Positions 18,546 through 26,707 of a stretch of DNA of 45,126 nt are shown piece after piece (position 1 is the first letter of the stretch; each line of letters opens with the position of its first letter). Under the pieces are notes generated by a model. It did no database searches. It was not told the DNA's origin and saw only the letters and a program-made list of their open reading frames with translations. The DNA is from a virus (Duplodnaviria > Caudoviricetes), in the IMG/VR virus record IMGVR_UViG_3300006120_000038, positions 1 through 45,126 of that record; one strand, 5' to 3'. The translations under genes were made by a program, and so were the position numbers.

Positions 18546-19178
18546 ATGAACCCCGACACCACCAAAATGGAAACGCTAAATAAAGAACTCAACTTCATAG
18601 GCTTCCCTAAGATTGCACGGCTTAATCGCCAAGTCATCGTCACCGAGAAGATAGATGGAACTAATGCTCAGATACGCATCACTGAAGATGGTCAATTCCT
18701 AGTGGGGTCTCGCTCTCGCTGGATAACTCCTGATAACGACAACCACGGATTCGCTAAGTGGGCATACGCCCATAAAGACTCCCTGATGGAGCTAGGCGTA
18801 GGCTCCCACTTCGGAGAGTGGTGGGGCAGTGGCATTCAGCGTGGCTATGGATACACGCAGGGAGAGAAATTCTTCTCCCTATTTAACGTACAGCGTTGGT
18901 GCTTGAAGGGAAGTACCCCGCAAAGGATGCCTACCGCTGACCCTTGCATTGAGAAATACCAAGACGTTCTTCCTGCTTGCTGTGGCCTTGTTCCGATTCT
19001 TGGAATCGGAGACTTCAACGAGGCGAACAAGCAGATTGAGCGGCTAAAGATCGAGGGGAGCCAAGCCGTAAAAGGATACATGAATCCAGAAGGAGTGATT
19101 GCGTTTCACGTTGCTGGAAATGTGAGATTCAAGGTCACGATTCAAAAAGACGAGGAACCGAAAGGAAAAACAAAATGA
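18546..19178 (+). CDS. RNA ligase (Rnl2-type nucleotidyltransferase domain)
   Basis: Motif I TEKIDGTNA, SR, GEW, F.LF, EGVI, C-terminal K. Confidence 0.88.
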   Translation: MNPDTTKMETLNKELNFIGFPKIARLNRQVIVTEKIDGTNAQIRITEDGQFLVGSRSRWITPDNDNHGFAKWAYAHKDSLMELGVGSHFGEWWGSGIQRGYGYTQGEKFFSLFNVQRWCLKGSTPQRMPTADPCIEKYQDVLPACCGLVPILGIGDFNEANKQIERLKIEGSQAVKGYMNPEGVIAFHVAGNVRFKVTIQKDEEPKGKTK

Positions 19179-19441
19179 ACCCCAACAACAGCATTACCGA
19201 GTCCAGCAATCAACTCCTCGACGTTTGCGTCGAGTACCGAAAGCAACTTGATGACGCAACCAACGAAATCGCAAGGCTCCGCAAAGTCATGCGAGAATAT
19301 ATCGACTTTATGGATGAGAACCTTGGAACAACTGCTGATTGGCCTATGGAAGCGGCTTTCGACGATGGAGATGTATGCCAGCGTCATTGCGATTTGCTCA
19401 ACGCTATGAAGCGTATAGTGAAACCAGAAGACATCAACTGA
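19175..19441 (+). CDS. Hypothetical protein
   Basis: ATGA-coupled; NEIARLR motif. Confidence 0.7.
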   Translation: MNPNNSITESSNQLLDVCVEYRKQLDDATNEIARLRKVMREYIDFMDENLGTTADWPMEAAFDDGDVCQRHCDLLNAMKRIVKPEDIN

Positions 19442-19927
19442 TATGTACGGAATCCAAGACAAGATTAACCAAATCCTGCGAGGGCAAGAAACCATTCGTA
19501 AGAATCAATCCATGCAACCATTACAATCCGTCAATTCAACTACCACATTCTTTGCTGCTAAGGAACCAGAAGAGAAAACCAACGAGGTCGCAAGGCTCCG
19601 TGAGCTGTTACTCAAAGCTAGTAAAACCGAATTACCACACACCGATAGTATGTCAACGAGCACAGACAATTTACAAATGACAACGAACAATGACAACGAG
19701 GTCGCAAGGCTCCGTGAAGAAAACGAAAACCTTCGAGGAACCTTAAAATCTTTCGTGCTTGTTTCGCCCATAGAAGCCGAGCGCATGGAAAAAATGGAAC
19801 AAGATTATGATAGGCTCCGCGAGGAAGCGAATAACTGGCATCAGCATTACCGCGACGAGGCTTCAAAGGCGCAGAAATGCAAACAGGCGTACATTGAAAA
19901 AGACAACGAGGTCGCAAGGCTCCGTGA
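19261..19927 (+). repeat. Dispersed 24-bp repeat CAACGAGGTCGCAAGGCTCCGTGA
   Basis: Exact copies at 19580, 19694 and 19904; variant CAACGAAATCGCAAGGCTCCG at 19261. Confidence 0.95.
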
Positions 19928-20033
19928 GCTATTAGAGCGAGCGATTGAAATTGCAGAGGCATTGGGAAGTGAATTGCATTTCCCAGAATTTGCGAAAGAG
20001 ATAGAAGCAATGAAATCCGAAATAGCCCCATGA
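19443..20033 (+). CDS. Mosaic coiled-coil hypothetical protein
   Basis: Three NEVARLRE repeats. Confidence 0.75.
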   Translation: MYGIQDKINQILRGQETIRKNQSMQPLQSVNSTTTFFAAKEPEEKTNEVARLRELLLKASKTELPHTDSMSTSTDNLQMTTNNDNEVARLREENENLRGTLKSFVLVSPIEAERMEKMEQDYDRLREEANNWHQHYRDEASKAQKCKQAYIEKDNEVARLRELLERAIEIAEALGSELHFPEFAKEIEAMKSEIAP

Positions 20034-20674
20034 AATTCTGCGTGATCACAGGGGCCACAAGCCTCATGAAATCCACGCTAGAGGCTTCCCTGCCCTCCAA
20101 ACGGGCCTATTGCGAGAGGCATGGGTATGATTTGTCCGTGATATCCTTCAACTCCACTGATCACTTGGGGTTTCGGAGATTTGAAATTGCGCTGGCGGGT
20201 CTGGGCTTTTACGACTTTGTGCTTTGGATTGATGCCGATTCCATGATCACGAACCATGAAATCCCCTTCCCCTCTATGCTGTCGGGTCAGTCCCCTATGG
20301 CAGCGTCTTGGGATTGGTGGAGTAATGGGACATACTTCAGCACCGGAAACTTCATACTTTCGCGCCATGAAATGCTCAATGATCTGTCGGGTCTATACTT
20401 GAGCGAAAAATCCCGGCGACTCAACGATCCGAATCAGGAACAGAACACGCTGAACGAGGTATGGAAGAATCGACCGGAATTGGTGCAGATTTTGCCGCAT
20501 GAAATGCTTAATGCAGTGCCGGAAATGGTGAGGAATGATATCAGTTGGAATGGAAGGGACGCAATTATCAGGCCCTGGCAACCCGGAGACTTCCTGGCCC
20601 ACCTCACCGGATGCGGGAATGATCAGAGGGTCAGTATGATGGATGCGCTGGCGGGTTCCGGCTTGAATGCATAA
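20030..20674 (+). CDS. Glycosyltransferase, GT34 (GMA12/MNN10)-like
   Basis: KRAYCERHGY, VLWIDAD (DxD), EQ, WQPGDFLAH. Confidence 0.85.
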   Translation: MKFCVITGATSLMKSTLEASLPSKRAYCERHGYDLSVISFNSTDHLGFRRFEIALAGLGFYDFVLWIDADSMITNHEIPFPSMLSGQSPMAASWDWWSNGTYFSTGNFILSRHEMLNDLSGLYLSEKSRRLNDPNQEQNTLNEVWKNRPELVQILPHEMLNAVPEMVRNDISWNGRDAIIRPWQPGDFLAHLTGCGNDQRVSMMDALAGSGLNA

Positions 20675-20699
20675 AAGAAAAGGGAGAGGGATTTCTCCC
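20673..20699 (-). terminator. Intrinsic terminator for the minus-strand gene block
   Basis: GGGAGA/TCTCCC stem followed on the minus strand by TTTTCTTTT; at convergence point. Confidence 0.7.
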
Positions 20700-20760
20700 C
20701 CTCGTAGGAGACTATAAAATAGAGGCTCCAATGTGGTGACTAATTCTCTGGTTTCGGTTT

Positions 20761-20982
20761 TCATTTGCGTTCTAGTGTGGATTTGATTGCCTCAATCTGT
20801 CTGGCTTGCTCGTCCAGAGCATCCGTTAAACGCTTCAGAATGCCCTCTATGGACATATCTTTGGGTGGGTTGTCTAGGACACAATTAATGTCTCCGTACT
20901 CGTCGAGTCGGTCACAGAAACAATGGTTTTCGTCGCAACCGTTCGGGTTTGTTGTGGTTTCTGGCGTGGTTTGCGTGGTCAT
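20761..20982 (-). CDS. Hypothetical protein
   Basis: ORF with A/C-rich leader. Confidence 0.65.
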   Translation of the reverse strand: MTTQTTPETTTNPNGCDENHCFCDRLDEYGDINCVLDNPPKDMSIEGILKRLTDALDEQARQIEAIKSTLERK

Positions 20983-21029
20983 GGTTGTTATTGAGTGTTA
21001 TTGAACGTTATTTTGGGTTTTATTGAGTG

Positions 21030-21245
21030 TTATCTTCCTCTGTAATAGTAAAGCACAAGAGTTAATGCGTTAAAGATTTCTAATTCATCCTCAAGATCAA
21101 ATTGTTTGTCTCTGCCTTCTGCAATTTGCTTTCGGTGGATTTCAATCCATGTTTTACTATTCTCAAGGCATCTTTCAAGAGAGATACAAACGAGTTGATC
21201 TTCCCAAGGCTTTGAAGGGTCAAAGGTTGTTGGCTTGTCGTTCAT
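21030..21245 (-). CDS. Hypothetical protein
   Basis: ATGA-coupled to upstream minus gene. Confidence 0.7.
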   Translation of the reverse strand: MNDKPTTFDPSKPWEDQLVCISLERCLENSKTWIEIHRKQIAEGRDKQFDLEDELEIFNALTLVLYYYRGR

Positions 21246-21406
21246 TTTTTCCAAGGTGCGGTTGAGTTGCGGTTAGCGTGTGCTTCTTTAAGTTTGCGGC
21301 GGATTTCTTCCACTTTCTTTTTGCAAAGTTCTTCCCATTGTTCTTGGGTCAATTCTTCTTCAATAAAAATGATTGTGTCTTTTGAGACGGTGTTAGTGGT
21401 CATCAT
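21242..21406 (-). CDS. Hypothetical protein
   Basis: MMTTNTVSK..; coiled coil. Confidence 0.6.
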   Translation of the reverse strand: MMTTNTVSKDTIIFIEEELTQEQWEELCKKKVEEIRRKLKEAHANRNSTAPWKK

Positions 21407-21428
21407 ATCGTCCCGGTGAAGTGGAAGT

Positions 21429-21617
21429 TCATTTTTGCTCCTCGATGCTATAATCATGTTTCCCGAGCCATTCCACCACACTTTCAGCCTCTAGTATTGT
21501 ATACCGGATGGCATCAACGGCCTCTCCCCCGGAAATATTGTTACCGCCTTCGGATATTCCACTAATGTAGTCACCTCTTTTGTGAGAGAGGATGATATAT
21601 TTTTCTTGTGTTTTCAT
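21429..21617 (-). CDS. Hypothetical protein
   Basis: A-rich leader, MKTQEK start. Confidence 0.7.
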   Translation of the reverse strand: MKTQEKYIILSHKRGDYISGISEGGNNISGGEAVDAIRYTILEAESVVEWLGKHDYSIEEQK

Positions 21618-21692
21618 TTTTGTTTTGTTGTGTTGTCCTTGGCCTAATTGCCCAGGCTGCTGCCATCACCGGAGCGATGGCAGGGAGTCTGA

Positions 21693-21788
21693 TCAATTAT
21701 ATTGCTGGAAGATTGAAACAAGCATGGCCAGGACCACAAAGGACAAGGCCAAGCAGGAAAGGAGGAGGTGGGTGAGTTGGTCTTTCAT
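21693..21788 (-). CDS. Small hydrophobic peptide (31 aa)
   Basis: MKDQLTHLLLSCLALSFVVLAMLVSIFQQYN. Confidence 0.55.
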   Translation of the reverse strand: MKDQLTHLLLSCLALSFVVLAMLVSIFQQYN

Positions 21789-21807
21789 GGTTAGAATTGC
21801 TCTTTGA

Positions 21808-22191
21808 TTATTCTCCAAAGTAAAATTGCTGGCAGTAGCCAAGCAGGGCTTCGTCCTCTTCTTCCGTGGTAACATATTCTGTCCAAGGAGTGCCCCAGTC
21901 CTGCCACTCCAAAACAGGATTTTGTGCTACTCCATATGCTCCGATGTCTCCAACGATACGTAAGGCAGGCCCACCAGTGGAAAGGAGGATCTGGAACTCT
22001 TCAAGCTCCGATTGCCCTCCTACTGTTTTCCATCCTTCTCGAACCGTCACGGACAAGGGGGAGTTGAAAATCTCATCAACCGCCGACTCCCTCACGTCAT
22101 CGTCACTTGAGAGAAGAAGGGCAGACCAATCCATGATTGACTTCATCCAACCTTTCCCGTTCTCAATTGCGTGATTTTTTTCTATTTGCAT
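21808..22191 (-). CDS. Conserved phage early-type protein of unknown function
   Basis: ILLSTGGPALRI..WQDWGTPW motif; first gene of minus block, A-rich leader. Confidence 0.8.
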   Translation of the reverse strand: MQIEKNHAIENGKGWMKSIMDWSALLLSSDDDVRESAVDEIFNSPLSVTVREGWKTVGGQSELEEFQILLSTGGPALRIVGDIGAYGVAQNPVLEWQDWGTPWTEYVTTEEEDEALLGYCQQFYFGE

Positions 22192-22342
22192 TTTTTGTTT
22201 TTTGTTTCGCTCCGGCATGATTGCCTTCGCTCATTCCTTCATACTCTTTCCCCGTCCACTAGCAAGCTATTCTCTAAAATAAATTTCAAAGATTCCTAAA
22301 ATAATTGTTGACTTGCCCATTCCATCAGCGTGAAAGCATGGT

Positions 22343-22445
22343 TTGTCTTACAAGGATTACAGGCAAAAATTCCTTCATCGAATCACCCAGGCAACGACGA
22401 TTCCGGGCATTTGCTTCCATTGTCTTGCAAGGATTACAACGGCAA
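22343..22445. repeat. Imperfect direct repeat in divergent intergenic region
   Basis: TTGTCTTACAAGGATTACAGGCAA (22343) and TTGTCTTGCAAGGATTACAACGGCAA (22420). Confidence 0.8.
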
Positions 22446-22576
22446 TTCCCCCCTTGTCATCATACTGCTGCCCCCGGAAAAACGATTTTAACGCCATCCT
22501 AGCGAGCCTCTTTATTACTTTTTTAGAGTAATAAATCAATGTTGCCACATTTCCCGATTAGTGTCACATTCCATCA

Positions 22577-23125
22577 ATGGCAAAAAGACTCCCCGTGGAT
22601 CGTGAAGCAATAAAGGCAACCTACCTGGCAACCGGGAGCTTTGAACAAACCGCTTCACTTCATAAAATCAACAGTGCCACCATTCGACAATGGTCAAAGC
22701 GGTTCCAGTGGCCTTCCCCCCATAATGCCGTGACAATGATTGAAAAGGGGAGAGCAATACTGGCAGACCATAAAGAGAAGAATGAGAAGAGGGATGTCAC
22801 AATTAGCACTTCAGAGGCTTTGACTGAGCATCTCGCTAACTCAGCCACCACATTCAAGACCGGAGTGGCGACGGCGCTGGCAAGGATGGGAGAGACTGCC
22901 GGAGAGATGGACGGTCTCACCGCCTTGGATCACTCGCGGAAACTCAAAGATGCTGCTGACATTGCCCGGACTATCCTAGGTATAGGAGCAGATTCCGGTG
23001 GGCCTTCTCTATCAATTAACCTACTTAACCTATCAGCGGACTCTTTATCACCTAACACCATCTCTGTAAGCCCCTCATTCACAACAGTTGCATCTATAAG
23101 ATCAGATAACGAAAGTCGTAATTAG
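22577..23125 (+). CDS. Putative terminase small subunit
   Basis: N-terminal HTH (DREAIKATY..ATIRQWSKRFQW), helical oligomerisation segment, C-terminal beta strand (LSINLLNL). Confidence 0.6.
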   Translation: MAKRLPVDREAIKATYLATGSFEQTASLHKINSATIRQWSKRFQWPSPHNAVTMIEKGRAILADHKEKNEKRDVTISTSEALTEHLANSATTFKTGVATALARMGETAGEMDGLTALDHSRKLKDAADIARTILGIGADSGGPSLSINLLNLSADSLSPNTISVSPSFTTVASIRSDNESRN

Positions 23126-23704
23126 TGGGATTAGTATCATGAACCGCTAGGTGGCCCTGGTGAATTAAGCATCCTTTTTCCGGGAAGTGAGGAGACGCGC
23201 ACCCCCCTCCCGGCTCCCACTCGCGTGGTCGTGTTTGCGAGAAAACCTCTCCACAAATTTTTCCCAAAAACCCCAGTCTACAAATCATCACAAAAACCGC
23301 AAGGTGACGTGTAGCTTCGCTGGTGGTTCCATTTAAGTTTTCCCCGAAAGATAAAGGCTGGCTTTATAAAAGGACGCTTTTTCAATAACCTATCCTTCTG
23401 AAAAGGACAGATACTCTCCTGCTATTTCAAGAATGCGGAGATTAGGTTGAGTATTCTCCGCAATTCTGCGGACTACACAAAACATTACCATTTATGCAAA
23501 TTTGTGTAGAGTTTGTAGCAGTTCACAGACATATCTGCGTTCACGGTAGCGCGAACACTACATTTTTTGTGAACACTACACTCGTCTTGTTTATCGTGCA
23601 GTCTGGAAATGAAGCGTGAGTTGATTAGCTGATGCTGGGATAATCACCTATGAGGGGAATCCAACTACTAATTGTAAACGTTTTAGTAGTTGATTATAAA
23701 TAAG

Positions 23705-23953
23705 CTATTTCCGTTTGTTTTTAGTTGGGATTGGCATGGATCGTTTTACTGCCTTTCCGAACAACGTGCGCCTCGCAAGCTCGTCGGGCATATTCTGGAT
23801 ATGGGAGGTGAGCATCCCGAAATATTCGGGGATCAGGAGGGGAGTGAGGTGATCGTAGTCCTTTCCTTCGTTAGCGAGTTTAACGGCATCCTCGTAAGCC
23901 TGGTGAGCTATTGGGAATCTTTCCTTGAGAGGGATATGTTGGGATGAAGCCAT
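23705..23953 (-). CDS. Hypothetical protein
   Basis: 82-aa ORF with A/C-rich leader. Confidence 0.7.
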   Translation of the reverse strand: MASSQHIPLKERFPIAHQAYEDAVKLANEGKDYDHLTPLLIPEYFGMLTSHIQNMPDELARRTLFGKAVKRSMPIPTKNKRK

Positions 23954-24030
23954 TTGGTGGATAGGATAAGGTTATAGTCTAATTTTTGATTGGTTGTTTT
24001 AGGTGATAGTGTAAAGAGTATGTTTATATT

Positions 24031-24326
24031 TTCAATCGCGTTGGCTTGGGGCTGGTGGCCCCGCCACGCTTGAATGATTGTTTGTATTCATCAACCTTGA
24101 GTAAAGCACTCCGTGGGGATACATGGACAAAGCGTTGCCCTTGGTTGAATCGGATGTATCAATTCCAATCCAGTTAGGGCAATTGTAGCTTTAGACCTTG
24201 CGCAATTCTTGTGGTCAGGGTTATGTCCCGTGCTACAAATGCTTCTCCTCTTTTTAAGAGGGTCAAATTATTAAGACAGGTTGGGCTTGATTTCGTTGGG
24301 GGCCAGCCCCTCGTCTAATCCCTGTC
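24031..24326. ncRNA. Candidate large structured ncRNA or ssDNA origin element
   Basis: Eight or more nested stems in ~300 nt with no ORF. Confidence 0.5.
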
Positions 24327-24341
24327 ACGCAATATGCTTTT

Positions 24342-24380
24342 TAAATACCACTTGCTTGCAATATTGTCAACCGCTATAAA
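24342..24380. promoter_or_regulatory. Overlapping divergent promoters
   Basis: Minus: TTGACA(24370-65)-17-TATTTA; plus: TTGCTT(24352)-17-TATAAA(24375). Confidence 0.55.
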
Positions 24381-24384
24381 AGAC

Positions 24385-24419
24385 AAAGAGGAAGGAGTGT
24401 GATGGCTCCGTTCCTCTTT
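24385..24419 (+). other. Hairpin with T-run in HNH leader
   Basis: AAAGAGGAA-GGAG..CTCC-G-TTCCTCTTT. Confidence 0.7.
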
Positions 24420-24442
24420 TAACCTCAACCCATAATTGTGCT

Positions 24443-25066
24443 ATGAGAGAAGCTGAAGGAAATGTAGGAAATGATGCCGGGGATGGCAAGCGGAGATTTA
24501 AGAATGGAGATGCTTGCCCTTGGAATAAAGAAGTTGTTTGCTGGGGATATTTGCAAACTGGCCCGTGGTGGGTGAGTTGGGCAAAATATCACGAGATGTG
24601 CAAAAAGCATGGGATCAAGCCCAAAAGGAAAAATAAAACTCCTAAAAAGCCTGTTCATCCAAGCAAGCTGCAAAAGAATCTCTTGATTAAGTTCTGGGAG
24701 TATTTTCTTGATGTGGAAATTGGGAAGCACGGGAATAGAACGAAACTGATCGCCACAACAAGCAATGCTGATTATGGATTAAAAACTGAAAAGCAAAGAC
24801 TTGAAAAGCTGAAGGAGTATTCAAATATAGTTATACCATACAAGAATTGTTTGTCTTTAAGGGAAAAAAGAAAGCAATTTAACAAGAGAAAAGATAGTTT
24901 GCACAGTCCATACCATTTTCAAAACAGCTTGTGCTTTGTGTGTAAGGAACAGGCACAGTGTAGGCATCATATCATTCAATTGCAGAATGGAGGAATCAAC
25001 TCCAAAAAAAATCTTGTGAGTTTGTGCAATCATTGTCATTCTGAAATACACCCTTGGCTAAAATGA
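24443..25066 (+). CDS. HNH endonuclease
   Basis: CFVC..HHIIQLQNGGIN..NLVSLCNHCHSEIH. Confidence 0.9.
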   Translation: MREAEGNVGNDAGDGKRRFKNGDACPWNKEVVCWGYLQTGPWWVSWAKYHEMCKKHGIKPKRKNKTPKKPVHPSKLQKNLLIKFWEYFLDVEIGKHGNRTKLIATTSNADYGLKTEKQRLEKLKEYSNIVIPYKNCLSLREKRKQFNKRKDSLHSPYHFQNSLCFVCKEQAQCRHHIIQLQNGGINSKKNLVSLCNHCHSEIHPWLK

Positions 25067-25749
25067 ACGTGGATATATTTATTCGGTCGTATCGACCAGA
25101 CTTCCCCTGGCTTGCTTATTGCTTGAGGTCTTTAGCCAAGTATGCAAAGGGATTTGGAAAGATTCATCTCTGTGTTCCGGTGGGGGACTTGGAATTGGTT
25201 CCGGCTGGAACTAACGAGGAGGTTCATGTGGTGGCAGATTGGCGTGATGGTTATATCCAGCAGCAGAATGACAAACTCCATTGTGATATGTATTGCAATG
25301 CTCCCTATATCCTCTGTATGGACTCTGATTGCATTCTTACTAGGGAGATAACCCCGGAGGACTTGTTCATCAATGGGAAGCCCGTGTGGTTGTATGAGGA
25401 TCTTCCAGACCCTCCTTGGAAGGAGATCGTGAAGGAATCGGTGGGATGGGAGCCGGAGTATGAGTTCATGAGGAGGCATCCCTTTGTTTTTGACAGGCAA
25501 GTTCTCCGTGATTTCCGCACCTTCATGTTTCACAGGCATCAGAGTGCCTTGAATGTGTGGTTGCAGGGGAGGCCCAAGCATAGGTTCAGTGAGTTCAATG
25601 CATTTGGAGCGTGGGCGCACAAGTATAGGCATCATATGTATGAGTGGAGGCATCCTTCGGATTTGGAGCCTTTCGTGAATCAGGAATGGAGTTGGGGAGG
25701 ACTCACGCCGGAGATTAAGAGCAAGATGGATAATATCCTATCCTCCTGA
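25063..25749 (+). CDS. GT-A fold glycosyltransferase-like (DUF6492-like)
   Basis: IFIRSY..D..WLAYCLRS, GYIQQQ.DKL, MDSD (DxD), FSEFNAFG. Confidence 0.75.
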   Translation: MNVDIFIRSYRPDFPWLAYCLRSLAKYAKGFGKIHLCVPVGDLELVPAGTNEEVHVVADWRDGYIQQQNDKLHCDMYCNAPYILCMDSDCILTREITPEDLFINGKPVWLYEDLPDPPWKEIVKESVGWEPEYEFMRRHPFVFDRQVLRDFRTFMFHRHQSALNVWLQGRPKHRFSEFNAFGAWAHKYRHHMYEWRHPSDLEPFVNQEWSWGGLTPEIKSKMDNILSS

Positions 25750-25768
25750 CCGAGGTTGGGGTAGAAGG

Positions 25769-25936
25769 GAATTCTTTGACCATGCCATTTTGTTAGTGAG
25801 CAGGGAGAATGACGGGGAGACTGAATTCCTCAAGACCCAGATGGGCAATCACTTTGCAGTGAAGGGGATGGCCCAATCATATCTGAAGGACATATCGGAG
25901 GACTGTGAAATTGAAATTGAGTTTGAAGATGAGTAG
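25769..25936 (+). pseudogene. Possible 5'-truncated gene remnant
   Basis: Protein-like frame EFFDHAILLVSRENDGETEF..GNHFAVKGMA..EDE* with no upstream in-frame ATG/GTG/TTG before a stop at 25676. Confidence 0.35.
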
Positions 25937-25950
25937 GATGGATTAAGCAG

Positions 25951-25978
25951 TTGACTATATAATTGGGGGTGATGTAAT
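25951..25978 (+). promoter_or_regulatory. Promoter candidate
   Basis: TTGACT-16-TGTAAT, 12 nt before ATG 25991. Confidence 0.4.
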
Positions 25979-25990
25979 TATGAGGCGATC

Positions 25991-26704
25991 ATGGCATCCC
26001 TCACCTTCTCACAGGCGCAAACTTTATTTGCTCCGTTCATCACTTCCCAAGGGGCGAGTGATCCCGGCGTGGGAGTGGCAATCAACTTTGTAAACGAAAG
26101 GTTTATCAACTCCGGTCAGTGGAAGGGGAATAGGTTCATCTATAGCTTTTCAGTGTCGGTTGATTCCAACGGCAATAACTACTTTGACACAGTGCCAGGG
26201 GTGGAGAGTGTGCTGAAGGTGCTGGCAGTTGACCCTACCTACTTGCAGGGAGAGCTTGGTGACGTGATGCCTGATTGGTATCCTTGGGATGAGGGAGGAC
26301 TTGGTTGGCTTCCCCCCAACTATGTGGGGGATCTTCAGATCGTCAGGCAGGGCAACACTCCTGTCAGTGCTTTGCCGAGTGGAGTCACTAGCGATACCCA
26401 ACGATATAGGGTGTTGGGGAAGATGCCGGAGAACCGCTCAATGTATTGTATCGTGAGGAGGGGTTACGTTCCGTTAGTCAACGCCACGGATCTTCTCATC
26501 CCCTCCAACCGGAATGCTTATCGGTATGGGTTGCAAGCCTATAACTACGAGAACATCAACGAGTTGGAAAGGGCGCAAGTTTATTGGGACTATGCCTACA
26601 AGTGCTTGAATGACGAGACGGTGAACTTTGAGGATGGAGAGCTTGCCCAGATTCAAATCCAAACCAAAGCATTTGCCCCAGGCATTATGCAGAACCTAGT
26701 TTAG
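25991..26704 (+). CDS. Putative head-tail adaptor / tail tubular protein
   Basis: Helix-beta-helix layout (N-term INFVNER.., C-term helices) and size typical of podovirus adaptors; precedes ejection genes. Confidence 0.55.
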   Translation: MASLTFSQAQTLFAPFITSQGASDPGVGVAINFVNERFINSGQWKGNRFIYSFSVSVDSNGNNYFDTVPGVESVLKVLAVDPTYLQGELGDVMPDWYPWDEGGLGWLPPNYVGDLQIVRQGNTPVSALPSGVTSDTQRYRVLGKMPENRSMYCIVRRGYVPLVNATDLLIPSNRNAYRYGLQAYNYENINELERAQVYWDYAYKCLNDETVNFEDGELAQIQIQTKAFAPGIMQNLV

Positions 26705-26707
26705 TTT

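Noticed and set aside
19261-19927. CRISPR-like array
   Set aside because: Spacing is irregular (114-319 bp), repeats are in-frame coding, no cas operon
22305-22531. Two short plus-strand ORFs
   Set aside because: Weak starts, no motifs; region better explained as divergent regulatory DNA
24031-24326. Hammerhead ribozyme or group I intron
   Set aside because: No CUGAnGA/GAAA core or intron P7 motifs recognised by eye; no interrupted gene
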